Shown here in pieces: positions 27,301 to 37,121 of a stretch of 50,165 nucleotides of DNA. Source of the DNA: an uncultured Actinomycetes bacterium (GTDB lineage Bacteria; Actinomycetota; Actinomycetes; Nanopelagicales; Nanopelagicaceae). Below the pieces are notes generated by a model. It was not told the origin of the DNA. It did no database searches and worked only from the letters and a program-made list of their open reading frames with translations. The stretch covers positions 1 to 50,165 of the forward strand of contig CAIUAO010000049.1 in NCBI GenBank assembly GCA_903897155.1, read 5' to 3'. The position numbers and the translations under genes were made by a program. How positions within the stretch are numbered: the stretch's first letter is position 1; every line of letters starts with the position of its first letter.

Positions 27301-27663
27301 TTCAACATTTGCACCGATGAGTTTTGTATTAAATTTCTCAAAGGAACCACGCTCATGGAGCGCCATCGCTGCATTTAAAGCAGTTTGACCTCCAAGAGTT
27401 GCAAGAACTGCCGATGGTTTTTCAATTTCTAATATCTTTTCAATGATCTCTGGGGTAATAGGTTCTATATAAGTGGCATCAGCGAATTCTGGATCAGTCA
27501 TAATTGTTGCGGGGTTAGAGTTAATTAAGATAACTCGAATGCCTTCTTCACGAAGTACCCGGCAAGCCTGAACACCAGAATAATCAAATTCACATGCTTG
27601 GCCAATAACAATAGGTCCACTGCCGATAACTAGAACACTTTCTATCGCTTTATCTTTAGGCAC
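24394..27663 (-). CDS. carB: Carbamoyl-phosphate synthase large subunit
   Basis: 1089 aa with duplicated ATP-grasp halves and an MGS-like C-terminal domain. The N-terminus is [21 protein letters not shown]. Confidence 0.98.
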   Translation of the reverse strand: MPKDKAIESVLVIGSGPIVIGQACEFDYSGVQACRVLREEGIRVILINSNPATIMTDPEFADATYIEPITPEIIEKILEIEKPSAVLATLGGQTALNAAMALHERGSFEKFNTKLIGANVEAIKRGEDREIFKGIVAKIGGESALSRICHSMSDCLSAAVELNYPVVVRPSFTMGGLGSGIAFNQSELELIAGAGLRHSPTNEVLLEETILGWKEYELEVMRDHRDNVVIVCSIENIDPMGVHTGDSITVAPALTLTDVEYQKLRDLSIDIIREVGVETGGCNIQFAVNPTNGRIIVIEMNPRVSRSSALASKATGFPIAKIATKLAVGYTLDEIQNDITKSTPASFEPTLDYIVVKGPRFAFEKFPEADPRLTTTMKSVGEAMAIGRSFGEALQKALRSVEKKGTSFSWTKEGESREELLTKIGIPTEWRLQQVQRALWLGATINEVHAITKIDPWFLEQITMINDLANEIAAEAVLTPDFFAKVKSSGFSDIQIAALRGTTELTIRAERNSLGLKPVFKTVDTCAAEFEAHTPYHYSSYDTETEVLPRTKSAVIILGSGPNRIGQGLEFDYSCVHAAFALRDAGYETVMINCNPETVSTDYDTSDRLYFEPLTLEDVLEVIKAETAAGPVLGVIAQLGGQTPLGLARGLLEAGVKILGTSPDAIDLAEDRGEFGRILQENGLTSPKYGLARSYEEAVAVAAEISYPVLVRPSFVLGGRGMEIVYDDESLRGFIQKATEITPNQPVLIDRFLDDAIEIDVDALFDGNELFLAGTMEHIEEAGIHSGDSACVLPSMSLSPQKLAEVRVATEKIARGVGVRGLINIQFAISRAEKDGTLYVLEANPRASRTVPFVSKATGIQLAKAASLIAVGRTIAELRSENFLPSAGDGIAVGVSVKEAVLPWNRFRRTDGMGVDSVLGPEMRSTGEVMGIAETFGEAYAKSQVASFGALPLSGTVFLSLSERDKAPSVEPARALVNLGFTLYTTAGTQKLLSENGVASTLVRKNSEPGEGLSAVDIINTSMVDLVINTPLGRGTRHDGWLIRTASVQRGIPIITTIAGFKAAVSGITALRAHDFSVRSLQKWQKLVK

Positions 27664-28792
27664 GAGCGCCTCGCGATCTTGAAGACTTAGTCATCATCTC
27701 TGCAAAATGGTCAAAAAGGTATTGTGCATCATGAGGCCCAGCAGCTGATTCGGGATGATACTGAACGCTAAATGCTGGACGCTCTAAAAGTTCCAAACCT
27801 TCAACGACGCCATCATTGAGGCATATATGGCTAACAAATCCAGAGCCAAACACCGTTGAAAAATTACCCTCAGTTGGCGCCGCAACTGCAAAACCATGAT
27901 TATGCGCGGTTATCTCGACTTTGCTTGTCCTTAAATTCTTAACTGGCTGATTAATCCCGCGGTGGCCGAAAGGCAATTTATAGGTGTCAAAGCCAAGGGC
28001 ACGACCAAGTATTTGATGCCCGAAACAAATACCAAATACAGGGATTGAATTAGTAAGAAACTCACGAACAAGAGCGACGGTCGCGGTCATTGTTGCTGGA
28101 TCCCCAGGGCCGTTGGAGATAAATAAACCATCTGGGTTGATGCTCATAATTTCATCAGCAGTAGCATCCATAGGGAAAACATGAACTTCCATACCACGCT
28201 GGGCCATAGAACGAGGTGTTGCTCGCTTAAGACCGAGATCAAGTGCTGCTACGGTAAATTTTTTCTCGGCGCCATTTTCTACCTCAACAACATATTTTTT
28301 AGGTGTTGTGACATCTTTAGCTAAAAATGCACCAGACATCTGATCAGAATTTCGGACTTTAACAACCATCTCATCACGTGAGAGTTCCTTCCCAGAAAAT
28401 ATTCCAACTCTCATGGCCCCGCGATCACGCAGGTGGCGTGTAATTGCTCGAGTATCAACACCTTGAATACCAACTACACCTGACTTAATTAAGGCGTCTT
28501 CTAGCGAATATTCTGAGCGCCAATTACTCACACGTGGTGAAGGATTTCTGACAACAAAACCAGCTACCCAAATGCGATCAGACTCCATATCAAAATCATT
28601 CATTCCTGTGTTGCCAATATGAGGCGCTGTCATGATGACAATTTGCTTGTGATAGGAAGGGTCGGTCAGAGTTTCTTGATACCCAGTCATTCCTGTGGAG
28701 AAGACAGCTTCGCCAAAAGTTTCACCAGTGGCTGCCCAACTTGAGCCTTCAAATACAGTCCCATCAGCTAGAACGAGGTAAGCCTTACTCAT
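27656..28792 (-). CDS. carA: Carbamoyl-phosphate synthase small (glutaminase) subunit
   Basis: 378 aa with a class I amidotransferase Cys (GICFGHQ) and an HPE triad region ([11 protein letters not shown]). Confidence 0.97.
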   Translation of the reverse strand: MSKAYLVLADGTVFEGSSWAATGETFGEAVFSTGMTGYQETLTDPSYHKQIVIMTAPHIGNTGMNDFDMESDRIWVAGFVVRNPSPRVSNWRSEYSLEDALIKSGVVGIQGVDTRAITRHLRDRGAMRVGIFSGKELSRDEMVVKVRNSDQMSGAFLAKDVTTPKKYVVEVENGAEKKFTVAALDLGLKRATPRSMAQRGMEVHVFPMDATADEIMSINPDGLFISNGPGDPATMTATVALVREFLTNSIPVFGICFGHQILGRALGFDTYKLPFGHRGINQPVKNLRTSKVEITAHNHGFAVAAPTEGNFSTVFGSGFVSHICLNDGVVEGLELLERPAFSVQYHPESAAGPHDAQYLFDHFAEMMTKSSRSRGARA

Positions 28793-30080
28793 ACTTATTT
28801 CCTGTCAAAGCACTATTTGCTAACACATGTACTCCATTAAAGAAGGTATCAGTAACTTTACCTGTGAGTTCATGGCCATGAAATGGAGTATTCCTACTCT
28901 TTGATAAAGATTGCGTGCGATCAACTTTCCAGCGTGCCTCAGTATCGATCACAACTAGATTCGCATGAGCTCCAACACCAATGAGACCGTGGTTTACATA
29001 TCCACCAATACTTGCTGGTTTTGTGGACATGCGAATGGCAAGTGATTGCCAGTCCATCAACTTTGTTGCAATCATCGCGGTTGCTGTAACAGAAAGAGCA
29101 GTCTCCAGGCCAATCATTCCAAATGCTGCTGCGCTCCATTCGCAATCTTTATCTTCAGCAGCGTGCGGAGCATGATCTGTTGCGACGATATCAATCGTCC
29201 CATCTGCTAATCCTTCGCGCAGTGCATGGACATCATCGATAGTTCGAAGTGGAGGATTTACTTTATAGACAGGGTCATAACTTTCAACCAGTTCATCAGT
29301 GAGCATTAAGTGATGAGGAGTGACTTCAGCTGTGACACTCATTCCTTGTGACTTAGCCCAACGAACAATTTCTACTCCGCCCCGTGTGCTCAAATGACAG
29401 ATATGCAATCTACTCTTTACTTGCTCAGCTAGGAGAATATCTCTCGCAATAATTGATGTCTCAGCAACAGCTGGCCAGCCCGTAAGTCCAAGCTTTCCCG
29501 AAACTATTCCCTCATTCATCTGTGCATTCTTTGTAAGTAGTGGCTCCTGGGCATGCTGGGCAATTACTCCCCCAAAGCTCTTCACATACTCAAGTGCACG
29601 TCTCATAAGTAGTGGATCGCTCACACATTTACCATCATCGCTAAAGATGCGAACGTGCGCCGCAGAATTGGCCATCGCAGAGAGTTCTGCTAGCTGCTCA
29701 CCATGTAAACCGACAGTAACTGCGCCGATTGGAAAGACATCACAGAGTCCAGCCAGTTTTCCTAAGCGTTGTACTTGTTCCACAACGCCAGCGCTATCTG
29801 CGACAGGTGAGGTATTAGCCATTGCTGAAAGCGCGGTGTAGCCGCCATGTACTGCAGCTTTACTACCGCTGAGCACTGTTTCAGAGTTCTCTTTGCCAGG
29901 TTCGCGAAGGTGGGTATGTAAGTCAACAAGCCCTGGGAGGAGAAGATTTTTCTTAAGATCAACAACAGGTCCATCAGCTTTAATACTCGAGGAAATCTCT
30001 GTAATTACGCCTTGTGCAATTTTCACATCAACAATTGAACCATCTGCAAGCCTGGCGTTCTTGAGTGTTACATCGTTCAT
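28785..30080 (-). CDS. pyrC: Dihydroorotase
   Basis: 431 aa amidohydrolase with a [10 protein letters not shown] metal motif and DHAPH. Confidence 0.95.
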   Translation of the reverse strand: MNDVTLKNARLADGSIVDVKIAQGVITEISSSIKADGPVVDLKKNLLLPGLVDLHTHLREPGKENSETVLSGSKAAVHGGYTALSAMANTSPVADSAGVVEQVQRLGKLAGLCDVFPIGAVTVGLHGEQLAELSAMANSAAHVRIFSDDGKCVSDPLLMRRALEYVKSFGGVIAQHAQEPLLTKNAQMNEGIVSGKLGLTGWPAVAETSIIARDILLAEQVKSRLHICHLSTRGGVEIVRWAKSQGMSVTAEVTPHHLMLTDELVESYDPVYKVNPPLRTIDDVHALREGLADGTIDIVATDHAPHAAEDKDCEWSAAAFGMIGLETALSVTATAMIATKLMDWQSLAIRMSTKPASIGGYVNHGLIGVGAHANLVVIDTEARWKVDRTQSLSKSRNTPFHGHELTGKVTDTFFNGVHVLANSALTGNKYE

Positions 30081-31030
30081 ACGATTTCACTCCCACCTGC
30101 GATGGGGACTCCGCCAAGAAGCATATAAAGAACTGCCATTCTGACAACAACACCGTTTGCTACCTGTTCTAAAATTACCGAGCGCTTAGAATCTGCCGCA
30201 GCAGCAGAGATCTCTAGGCCACGATTCATTGGGCCTGGATGCATCACTATCGCGTTCTCCTTCATCTGGTTCAAACGATTCTCACTTAATCCATAATCAT
30301 GTGCATATTCGCGCTCACTTGGAAAGTATGAGTCACTCATACGTTCACTTTGAACACGGAGCATCATCACTGCATCTAAGTCGCCGATGACCGAATCTAA
30401 GTTATAACTCAGCTCTGCTGGCCACTGATCAACCCCGGTAGGAATCAAAGTAGAAGGTGCGACCATCGTAACTTTTGCCCCAAGGCTACTCAATAAGTAT
30501 GCGTTACTGCGGGCAACTCTGGAGTGCAAAATGTCACCAACAATTCCAACGTGAAGTCCAGAAAAGTCACGGTCATGATCTGGGAAGTGGCTTCGAATGG
30601 TGTAAGCATCAAGGAGCGCCTGGGTCGGATGTTCATGAGTGCCATCCCCCGCATTCACAACCTTCGCCTTAATCCAACCTGATTCAGCAAGCCTCTGCGC
30701 TGCGCCAGATGATGAGTGGCGCAAAACGACAGCATCAATGCCCATCGCCTCAATTGTTTGAGCGGTGTCCTTAAGGCTTTCACCTTTACTCACACTTGAA
30801 CCTTTTGCAGAAAAGTTAATGACGTCAGCTGAAAGGCGCTTTGCGGCTGCTTCAAAAGAGAGACGAGTACGGGTGGAGTCTTCAAAGAACAAATTCACGA
30901 TAGTTCGTCCACGCAAAGTCGGAAGTTTCTTATTTGGGCCGTCGGTAATCCTTGCAAGTTCCCGGGCTGTATCTAGAATTTCAAAGGCAGTTTTGGCTGA
31001 CATATCCTTTGTTGAAAGTAGATTATTCAT
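30077..31030 (-). CDS. pyrB: Aspartate carbamoyltransferase catalytic subunit
   Basis: 317 aa with STRTR, HPTQ and HPGP motifs. Confidence 0.97.
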   Translation of the reverse strand: MNNLLSTKDMSAKTAFEILDTARELARITDGPNKKLPTLRGRTIVNLFFEDSTRTRLSFEAAAKRLSADVINFSAKGSSVSKGESLKDTAQTIEAMGIDAVVLRHSSSGAAQRLAESGWIKAKVVNAGDGTHEHPTQALLDAYTIRSHFPDHDRDFSGLHVGIVGDILHSRVARSNAYLLSSLGAKVTMVAPSTLIPTGVDQWPAELSYNLDSVIGDLDAVMMLRVQSERMSDSYFPSEREYAHDYGLSENRLNQMKENAIVMHPGPMNRGLEISAAAADSKRSVILEQVANGVVVRMAVLYMLLGGVPIAGGSEIV

Positions 31031-31554
31031 TCGGATTGGCCTACCTCAACCTGGTCAATGCCATCATTTTCTTTCAAACTCACACGCACGCTCTCACGGA
31101 GATTTGTAGGTATATTTTTTCCAACATAATCAGCTCGGATAGGAAGCTGTCTATGTCCTCTATCAATCAGAACTGCGAGTTGAACACTCTTAGGTCTGCC
31201 AAGCTCACCTATGGCATCTAGTGCGGCTCTAATTGTGCGACCTGAGAAGAGCACATCATCAACGAGCACAACATGCTTGCCTTCAATCCCCTGCGCGGGC
31301 AACAAAGTTGGGGTAAGTGGGCGGGGTCCACGTATGCGAAGGTCATCACGGTGCATTGTTATATCTAGGACACCGACTGGAACTACTGAATCAATACTTT
31401 CAAGGAAATCGCCTATGCGATTGGCAAGGCTCACACCGCGGGTTGGAATTCCAAGTAAAACAACATCGGCAAGACCGTGATTATGTTCAATAATTTCGTG
31501 AGAAATGCGTTTAAGAGAGCGATCAATCTCGCCTGAATCCAGCACAACACTCAT
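31027..31554 (-). CDS. pyrR: Bifunctional pyrimidine operon regulator / uracil phosphoribosyltransferase PyrR
   Basis: 175 aa with a PRTase motif ([13 protein letters not shown]) and a PyrR-like N-terminus. It is the first gene of the pyr operon and is preceded by AAGGAG. Confidence 0.93.
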   Translation of the reverse strand: MSVVLDSGEIDRSLKRISHEIIEHNHGLADVVLLGIPTRGVSLANRIGDFLESIDSVVPVGVLDITMHRDDLRIRGPRPLTPTLLPAQGIEGKHVVLVDDVLFSGRTIRAALDAIGELGRPKSVQLAVLIDRGHRQLPIRADYVGKNIPTNLRESVRVSLKENDGIDQVEVGQSE

Positions 31555-31559
31555 AAGTT

Positions 31560-31596
31560 CTCCTTGCCCGCCTCACAGGACGGTTCGTTAAAGGAA
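31560..31596 (-). promoter_or_regulatory. PyrR-binding RNA hairpin in the pyrR leader that also sequesters the pyrR ribosome-binding site
   Basis: The minus-strand RNA reads UUCCUU-UAACGAA-CCG-U-CC-UGUGA-GG-CGG-GC-AAGGAG-AACU-AUG. The upper part (CCG U CC NGNGA GG CGG) has the same architecture as the Bacillus PyrR binding loop (CAG U CC AGAGA GG CUG). The lower stem, UUCCUU paired with AAGGAG, pairs with the SD. Confidence 0.6.
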
Positions 31597-31664
31597 TTTC
31601 AATCTCAGATTTCTCTGCCCGCGAAGAATAGCATGAGCCCTGAAGGAATCAGAAAAGACACAAA

Positions 31665-32072
31665 TTAGAGGGGCAGAACCGATTTCAACGCGATGATGCG
31701 TCCAAGGACTCCGTTGATATAGGCCGCTGAATCTTTTGTGGAGAGCTCAGAAGCGAGTTCAACCGCCTCATTTGCTGCGATCTGATCGTCAAGCCCTTCC
31801 TGCCACAAGATTTCATAGAGGGCTACCCTCAATAAGTTCCTATCAACTGCCGGCATACGATCCATATCCCAGCCCTCAGCATAGGTATTGATGAATTCAT
31901 CAATCTTTTCCTTGTATTCAGAAACACCATTAATAAGAACTGCGACATATTCAGCTTCAGCTAAGTCTGGCGTAGGCCTGGACGACAAAAGCTCAAGTGG
32001 ATTGGTTCCACGTAAGTCAGATTCAAAGAGAAGATCAAGCGCACGTTTTCTAGCTTTCCGGCGGGCGCTCAT
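31665..32072 (-). CDS. nusB: Transcription antitermination factor NusB
   Basis: 135 aa beginning MSARRKARKRALDLLFE. It lies downstream of efp, as in other actinobacteria. Confidence 0.9.
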   Translation of the reverse strand: MSARRKARKRALDLLFESDLRGTNPLELLSSRPTPDLAEAEYVAVLINGVSEYKEKIDEFINTYAEGWDMDRMPAVDRNLLRVALYEILWQEGLDDQIAANEAVELASELSTKDSAAYINGVLGRIIALKSVLPL

Positions 32073-32090
32073 GAATGATCTCTTTGTACT

Positions 32091-32654
32091 TTAAGAATTA
32101 GCGCGGCCGAGATAGGCGCCGGTTCGTGTATCAACCAGTACTTTCTCGTCTTGCTTAATGAACAACGGCACTTGGATCTGAATTCCTGTTTCAAGTGTTG
32201 CGGGTTTAGTTCCACCAGATGAGCGATCGCCTTGCAATCCAGGCTCTGTATAGGTGATCAATAGTTCCACAGAGGCTGGCAACTCAATATAAAGGGGGTT
32301 GCCTTCATGGACAGCAACTACAGCACCAACATTTTCCAACATGTAGTCAGCAGAGTCTCCGACAACTGCTGCTGAGATATTCATCTGATCAAAGTTTTGA
32401 GAATCCATAAAAATAAAATCTTCCCCATCGCGATAGAGGAAGGTCATGTCGCGCTTTTCAAGCTGGGCAATATCAACTTTCACGCCTGCGTTAAAAGTCT
32501 TTTCAACTACTTTACCTCCAGGCACAAGCTTGAGCTTTGTGCGCACAAATGCGGGGCCTTTGCCGGGTTTAACATGTTGGAATTCAACGACAGTCCAAAG
32601 CTTTCCCTCGATATCAAGGGTCATGCCATTCTTAAGATCATTTGTTGTAGCCAT
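32091..32654 (-). CDS. efp: Elongation factor P
   Basis: 187 aa with [38 protein letters not shown], the canonical EF-P N-terminus. Confidence 0.97.
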   Translation of the reverse strand: MATTNDLKNGMTLDIEGKLWTVVEFQHVKPGKGPAFVRTKLKLVPGGKVVEKTFNAGVKVDIAQLEKRDMTFLYRDGEDFIFMDSQNFDQMNISAAVVGDSADYMLENVGAVVAVHEGNPLYIELPASVELLITYTEPGLQGDRSSGGTKPATLETGIQIQVPLFIKQDEKVLVDTRTGAYLGRANS

Positions 32655-32660
32655 CCGAGA

Positions 32661-32666
32661 AGGATA
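32661..32666 (-). promoter_or_regulatory. -10-like hexamer TATCCT, 6 nt upstream of the efp ATG (predicted leaderless efp-nusB transcript)
   Basis: The minus strand reads TATCCT-tctcgg-ATG with no SD. It lies in the 20 nt gap after aroQ. Confidence 0.35.
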
Positions 32667-32674
32667 CCTGAAAG

Positions 32675-33103
32675 TTAGAGAAGTTCTTTCATTGCCAAAA
32701 TTGCCAAACGGTAGGAATCCGGTCCAAATCCACCGATAGTTCCGTGGGCAACTCCTGAGATAACGGATGTATGTCGAAATTCTTCACGGGCTAATGGGTT
32801 ACTCAAGTGGACTTCAATCAACGGAGCAGTAAGCATTGCAGCAGCATCTCTGATTGCATATGAATAGTGAGTAAAGGCAGCTGGGTTGAAAATAACAGGG
32901 GTCTTTGCATCTGCAGCTTCATGCAGCCATTGGATTAATTCCAATTCGCTATCACTCTGCCTGACCTCTGCCTCTAAGCCAACGCCCTTTGCTGCGCTCT
33001 TAATAAATTCTGTGAGCTGAGCAAAATTCAAATTGCCATAGATTTTTGAATCCCGAAGATCAAGACGGCCAAGGTTTGGTCCATTGAGCACAAGTATCTT
33101 CAT
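32675..33103 (-). CDS. aroQ: 3-dehydroquinate dehydratase, type II
   Basis: 142 aa with [12 protein letters not shown], an [11 protein letters not shown]-type block and VHLSN. Confidence 0.95.
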   Translation of the reverse strand: MKILVLNGPNLGRLDLRDSKIYGNLNFAQLTEFIKSAAKGVGLEAEVRQSDSELELIQWLHEAADAKTPVIFNPAAFTHYSYAIRDAAAMLTAPLIEVHLSNPLAREEFRHTSVISGVAHGTIGGFGPDSYRLAILAMKELL

Positions 33104-34161
33104 TGCGCTATCTTCTCATAAACGGCTCGCAAGACGCTCTCGCTCGGCGCCTGAATCCATCCTGGCTCACCAAGAGCTGCGAGTCCAACGAAACGTAACT
33201 CACCATTCCTTGATTTCTTATCACCGGCCATCAAGCCAAAGAGTGCATCTGCCGTGAACTTTCCAGAATCAATTGTGAGTGGCAATCCAAAAGATAGAAG
33301 TAGCTTTTGTTGGCGATCAAGAACATCCTTTCCGAGCCCAAGGAGCTCGACACTAAGAAGTGCCTCGAAATTCATACCAATCGCAACCGCTTCACCGTGT
33401 CTCAAAGAATAATGAGCACTCTTCTCAACTGCATGCCCAAAGGTATGACCATAGTTCAATATTTCCCTTAGCTTGCTCTCTTTAAAATCTTGAGAGACAA
33501 CCTCAGCCTTAACTCTCACGCTTCTCCAAATAAGTTCTTCGGCCACGCTTCGGGCATCTTTGATTGTTGAATTTTTCTCCAGCAAGGTGAGAATTTCAGA
33601 ATCTCTGATAAAGCCTGTCTTGATAACTTCTGCTAAACCTGCGGCAAAATCTCGATCCGACAGGGTTTCTAAAAATGCTATGTCAATATAAACACCTGAT
33701 GGTGAGTGAAATGCGCCAACAAGGTTTTTGCCTGCCCCGGTATTGATTCCAGTTTTGCCACCCACAGATGCATCGACCATTCCGGCGAGAGTTGTTGGTA
33801 TCCCATACCAATTCACGCCACGCAGCCAAGTAGCAGCTATGAAACCAGCAAGATCAGTTGTCGCTCCTCCGCCAAATCCTACGACTGCGTCTGTACGTGA
33901 AATTTGCGCGCTAGCAATTTCATCCCAGAGCGTTGTCACAACCTTGTGGTCTTTTTGTTCTTCCCCGTCTGGGACAACTCGAATAGTTACTCCAGATTTA
34001 TCTGCATACTGCTTTTTAAGATTTAGTTTTTCCTCGAGCGCAGCAGGGATAAGAATAAATACATGTGAGTGCTTGGAAGTGATACTTTCAAGTGCACCTT
34101 TCCAAGATGCCCCAATTTCTACATCATATGTATGTTCGGCACTTACTGAGATCTTTCTCAT
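33100..34161 (-). CDS. aroB: 3-dehydroquinate synthase
   Basis: 353 aa with GGGATTDLAGF, DASVGGKTGIN and metal-binding His residues (GHTFGHA...HGEAVA). Confidence 0.95.
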   Translation of the reverse strand: MRKISVSAEHTYDVEIGASWKGALESITSKHSHVFILIPAALEEKLNLKKQYADKSGVTIRVVPDGEEQKDHKVVTTLWDEIASAQISRTDAVVGFGGGATTDLAGFIAATWLRGVNWYGIPTTLAGMVDASVGGKTGINTGAGKNLVGAFHSPSGVYIDIAFLETLSDRDFAAGLAEVIKTGFIRDSEILTLLEKNSTIKDARSVAEELIWRSVRVKAEVVSQDFKESKLREILNYGHTFGHAVEKSAHYSLRHGEAVAIGMNFEALLSVELLGLGKDVLDRQQKLLLSFGLPLTIDSGKFTADALFGLMAGDKKSRNGELRFVGLAALGEPGWIQAPSESVLRAVYEKIAQ

Positions 34162-34670
34162 GCATGCTCCTTAAGCCGGGCAGCAATTTCAAGTGCAACT
34201 TCTTGGGCTTTCTTGTTATCTGTTGCGATAGTGATATCTGCAAGTTCTGTATAGATAGGCAGGCGTGCCTGCATGAGCGCCGACCACTGCTCACCAGGAT
34301 TTTCATTGAGTAAAGGGCGAGATGAGTTTGCAGATACCCGTGGGACTGCATTGCTCGCAGAAACATTGAGAAATACAACATCTGCTTGGCAATTTTTTAG
34401 TGCGCTTTGTGTATGAGGGTTCAAGATCGCTCCCCCGCCAAGTGCGATGATTCCATCTGCGTGAGAAAGCTGATGGACAACAATCGCGCTCTCGATCTCT
34501 CTAAACTTTTCTTCACCACTTTGCTTGAAAATTTCACTGATGCTTCTACCCTCTTGATTTTCGATAAGTGCATCGGTATCAACAAATTCCTGTTCAAGAT
34601 GCTTTGCCAGAGCGCGTCCAATCGAGGACTTTCCGCTTCCTGGTGGGCCGATCAATACCGCGATCGCCAT
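34158..34670 (-). CDS. aroK: Shikimate kinase
   Basis: 170 aa with the P-loop GPPGSGKSS, an FVDTD motif and GGGA. Confidence 0.92.
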   Translation of the reverse strand: MAIAVLIGPPGSGKSSIGRALAKHLEQEFVDTDALIENQEGRSISEIFKQSGEEKFREIESAIVVHQLSHADGIIALGGGAILNPHTQSALKNCQADVVFLNVSASNAVPRVSANSSRPLLNENPGEQWSALMQARLPIYTELADITIATDNKKAQEVALEIAARLKEHA

Positions 34671-35855
34671 TTATTTGATTTCTAAGGCTGCTAAATAACT
34701 GAGGTAATTGCGGCGAGTTTCAGCAACTGAATCTCCGCCAAACTTTTCTAAGACAGCATCAGCAAGAACTAGTGCAACCATTGCTTCGGCAACAACTCCA
34801 GATGCAGGAACTGCGCAGACATCAGAACGCTGATTAATTGCTTTAGCAGCCTCTCCCGTTTTCACATCAATTGTGTCTAGTGCTTTTGGCACCGTTGAGA
34901 TCGGCTTCATTGCTGCGCGAACTCGCAAAATTTCACCATTAGACATTCCACCTTCAGTACCACCGGCGCGATCTGTTCTGCGGATGATCTTTCCTGAAGA
35001 ATCTCGTTCAATCTCATCATGTGCAACTGAGCCCCTTCTGCGGGCAGTTGTAAATCCATCTCCAATTTCAACGCCCTTAATTGCTTGGATCCCCATCACC
35101 GCTGCAGCTAGTCGTGCATCAAGCCTACGATCCCAATGAGTATGAGAACCAAGCCCTGGTGGTAAATCAAAAGCTAAAACTTCTACTACTCCCCCAAGTG
35201 TGTCACCATCTTTATGCGCTGCTTCAATCTCAGCAACCATTGCAGCACTTGCCTTGGGGCTAAATGTGCGCACGGGATCTTCATCGACTTTATCTCGGTC
35301 TGCATAGGTCGGCAAAGGATGTCCTTCTTCAACAGACGCGGTGCCGATTGAGAGCACATGACTCATAATCTTTACGCCAACCGCTTGTTCTAAAAAGGCA
35401 CGAGCTACTGAACCTAGAGCAACACGCGCAGCAGTTTCACGGGCACTTGCACGTTCTAAAATTGGCCTTGCATCATCAAAGTTATACTTTTGCATTCCAA
35501 CTAAATCAGCATGTCCAGGTCTTGGTCTAGTAAGTGGCGCATTACGTGCTAACTCTGCCAACTCAGATTCAGGTACTGGATTAGCCGACATAACTTTTTC
35601 CCACTTTGGCCATTCCGAATTTGCAACTTGAATCGAAATTGGACCGCCTTGAGTTTTGCCATGTCTGACTCCGCCTAATATTGAGACAGCATCAGCTTCA
35701 AAATTTTGTCTCGCGCCGCGTCCAACACCTAACCTGCGACGACGTAAATCGGCATCAATAACGTCAGTGGTGATTGCAACATGGGCTGGGAGACCTTCAA
35801 GAATTGCAGAGAGAGCTGGGCCATGAGATTCACCAGCAGTAAGCCATCTGAGCAT
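34671..35855 (-). CDS. aroC: Chorismate synthase
   Basis: 394 aa with [20 protein letters not shown] and RSDVCAVPA signatures. Confidence 0.97.
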   Translation of the reverse strand: MLRWLTAGESHGPALSAILEGLPAHVAITTDVIDADLRRRRLGVGRGARQNFEADAVSILGGVRHGKTQGGPISIQVANSEWPKWEKVMSANPVPESELAELARNAPLTRPRPGHADLVGMQKYNFDDARPILERASARETAARVALGSVARAFLEQAVGVKIMSHVLSIGTASVEEGHPLPTYADRDKVDEDPVRTFSPKASAAMVAEIEAAHKDGDTLGGVVEVLAFDLPPGLGSHTHWDRRLDARLAAAVMGIQAIKGVEIGDGFTTARRRGSVAHDEIERDSSGKIIRRTDRAGGTEGGMSNGEILRVRAAMKPISTVPKALDTIDVKTGEAAKAINQRSDVCAVPASGVVAEAMVALVLADAVLEKFGGDSVAETRRNYLSYLAALEIK

Positions 35856-35872
35856 GTGCTTATTGTGTCAGA

Positions 35873-36280
35873 TCAGAGCCAGAAGATGCTGCTAATAAAG
35901 CCCACTAGCAATGCCGGAGCGAAAGGGATGATTTTTTTGCCAGATACCAGCATCCATATCAGTGCAAAGAGGAGGGCAATGAAGATCGCATAGAGTGACT
36001 GTTGGAAATCTCCAATACAAAAACCAAGCGCCATGATCAGTTTCACATCTCCCATGCCTAATCCCCCAGCTGAAATCACTAGAAGTATCAAAGCAATTAC
36101 AGATAAGAAAGTGCCTGCAAGAACTCTGCTAAACATCACCGCATACGGATACTGAAGGTCTATGAGCAGTCCACTCAGAAGCATCACGGCCACTAGAAGA
36201 TTAGGAATTCGGTGAACTGCTATATCTCGAGCAGCGATTGGCGCACCGAGGATAATAAGTACAAAGCAGTTTGTAAGCAT
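35873..36280 (-). CDS. Minimal A24-family (TadV/CpaA-like) prepilin peptidase, no methyltransferase domain
   Basis: 135 aa polytopic membrane protein. Both aspartyl-protease motifs are present: ARDIAVHRIPN (first Asp) and GLGMGDVKL (GxGD). Confidence 0.7.
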   Translation of the reverse strand: MLTNCFVLIILGAPIAARDIAVHRIPNLLVAVMLLSGLLIDLQYPYAVMFSRVLAGTFLSVIALILLVISAGGLGMGDVKLIMALGFCIGDFQQSLYAIFIALLFALIWMLVSGKKIIPFAPALLVGFISSIFWL

Positions 36281-36286
36281 GCCCTC

Positions 36287-36292
36287 AAAATA
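36287..36292 (-). promoter_or_regulatory. -10-like hexamer TATTTT, 6 nt upstream of the peptidase ATG at 36280 (predicted leaderless peptidase-aroCKBQ transcript)
   Basis: The minus strand reads TATTTT-gagggc-ATG with no SD. Confidence 0.4.
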
Positions 36293-36308
36293 GAAGAAAG
36301 CGGGGGTA

Positions 36309-36328
36309 TGTGGATTTAGTTATCCACA
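36309..36328 (-). terminator. Hairpin 1 nt after the aroE stop codon (possible weak terminator or processing site)
   Basis: The RNA reads UGUGGAU-AACUAA-AUCCACA: a 7 bp stem (3 GC pairs) with a 6 nt loop, followed by a pyrimidine/U-rich stretch (UACCCCCGCUUUCUUCUAUUUU). No canonical U-tract sits directly at the stem base, so function is uncertain. Confidence 0.25.
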
Positions 36329-36329
36329 A

Positions 36330-37121
36330 TCAGAGCTGGGCGCGGCCAACCCCAAGTAAATTTCTCCGCATAAGGTCGAAATCAAAATCTAAGCCAGAAA
36401 ATAATTGAATCTGATCTAGTGCCTGTTCTACCAAGAGCTGCATGCCATCTATAACTTGGCTGCCGATCTCTTGAGCTCTCTTAAGGCCTTGCGTTGGAAA
36501 TGGGTTATACAAAACTTCAAAGAATGTTGTTTCTTTATTCCAGCTCTTTGAAGCGACAATCTCACTTGCACTAGCCGGCACGGTTGAAATTACTAAGTCA
36601 TATCCATCTAAAGGATGCTGCATATCAAAAAAATTAACTTCAGATTTTGTGGCAATACCCTTGAGAGCTTGAGACCTTTGTGCAGAGCGAAGAAGGAAAT
36701 CAACCTCAACCGCTGAGCCATTAAGCGCTCCGAGCGCCGCTCTAGCCGTTCCCCCACCACCGATAATTGCTACGCGCGTTTTTTTAACATTTTCTAGAAG
36801 GCGAATGAAAGCAGTTCTGTCCGTGGAGAGAGCAGAAAAATTTCCACCTTTGAAAAGTAATGTATTTGCACTGCGCATCTGCAAAGCAATGGGCTCAATT
36901 TCAAAACCAGAATTAAAGACACTTTCCTTAAGGGGCATCGTCAGAGAAAACCCCGTCCACCCTTCATTTTTGGCACGCTCAAAAAATGTTGGTGCATTTT
37001 CAAGCGTCAGCTCGATTCCTTGATAATCTGCTTGTAAGCCAAGTTCTTTATAGGCAGCCATATGCAGAAGAGGCGAGAGACTATGAGAAATAGGTGAACC
37101 TAAAACAGCAGCTTTAATCAT
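36330..37121 (-). CDS. aroE: Shikimate dehydrogenase
   Basis: 263 aa with GSPISHSLSP, LTMPLK and a GGGGTARA nucleotide fold. Confidence 0.87.
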   Translation of the reverse strand: MIKAAVLGSPISHSLSPLLHMAAYKELGLQADYQGIELTLENAPTFFERAKNEGWTGFSLTMPLKESVFNSGFEIEPIALQMRSANTLLFKGGNFSALSTDRTAFIRLLENVKKTRVAIIGGGGTARAALGALNGSAVEVDFLLRSAQRSQALKGIATKSEVNFFDMQHPLDGYDLVISTVPASASEIVASKSWNKETTFFEVLYNPFPTQGLKRAQEIGSQVIDGMQLLVEQALDQIQLFSGLDFDFDLMRRNLLGVGRAQL

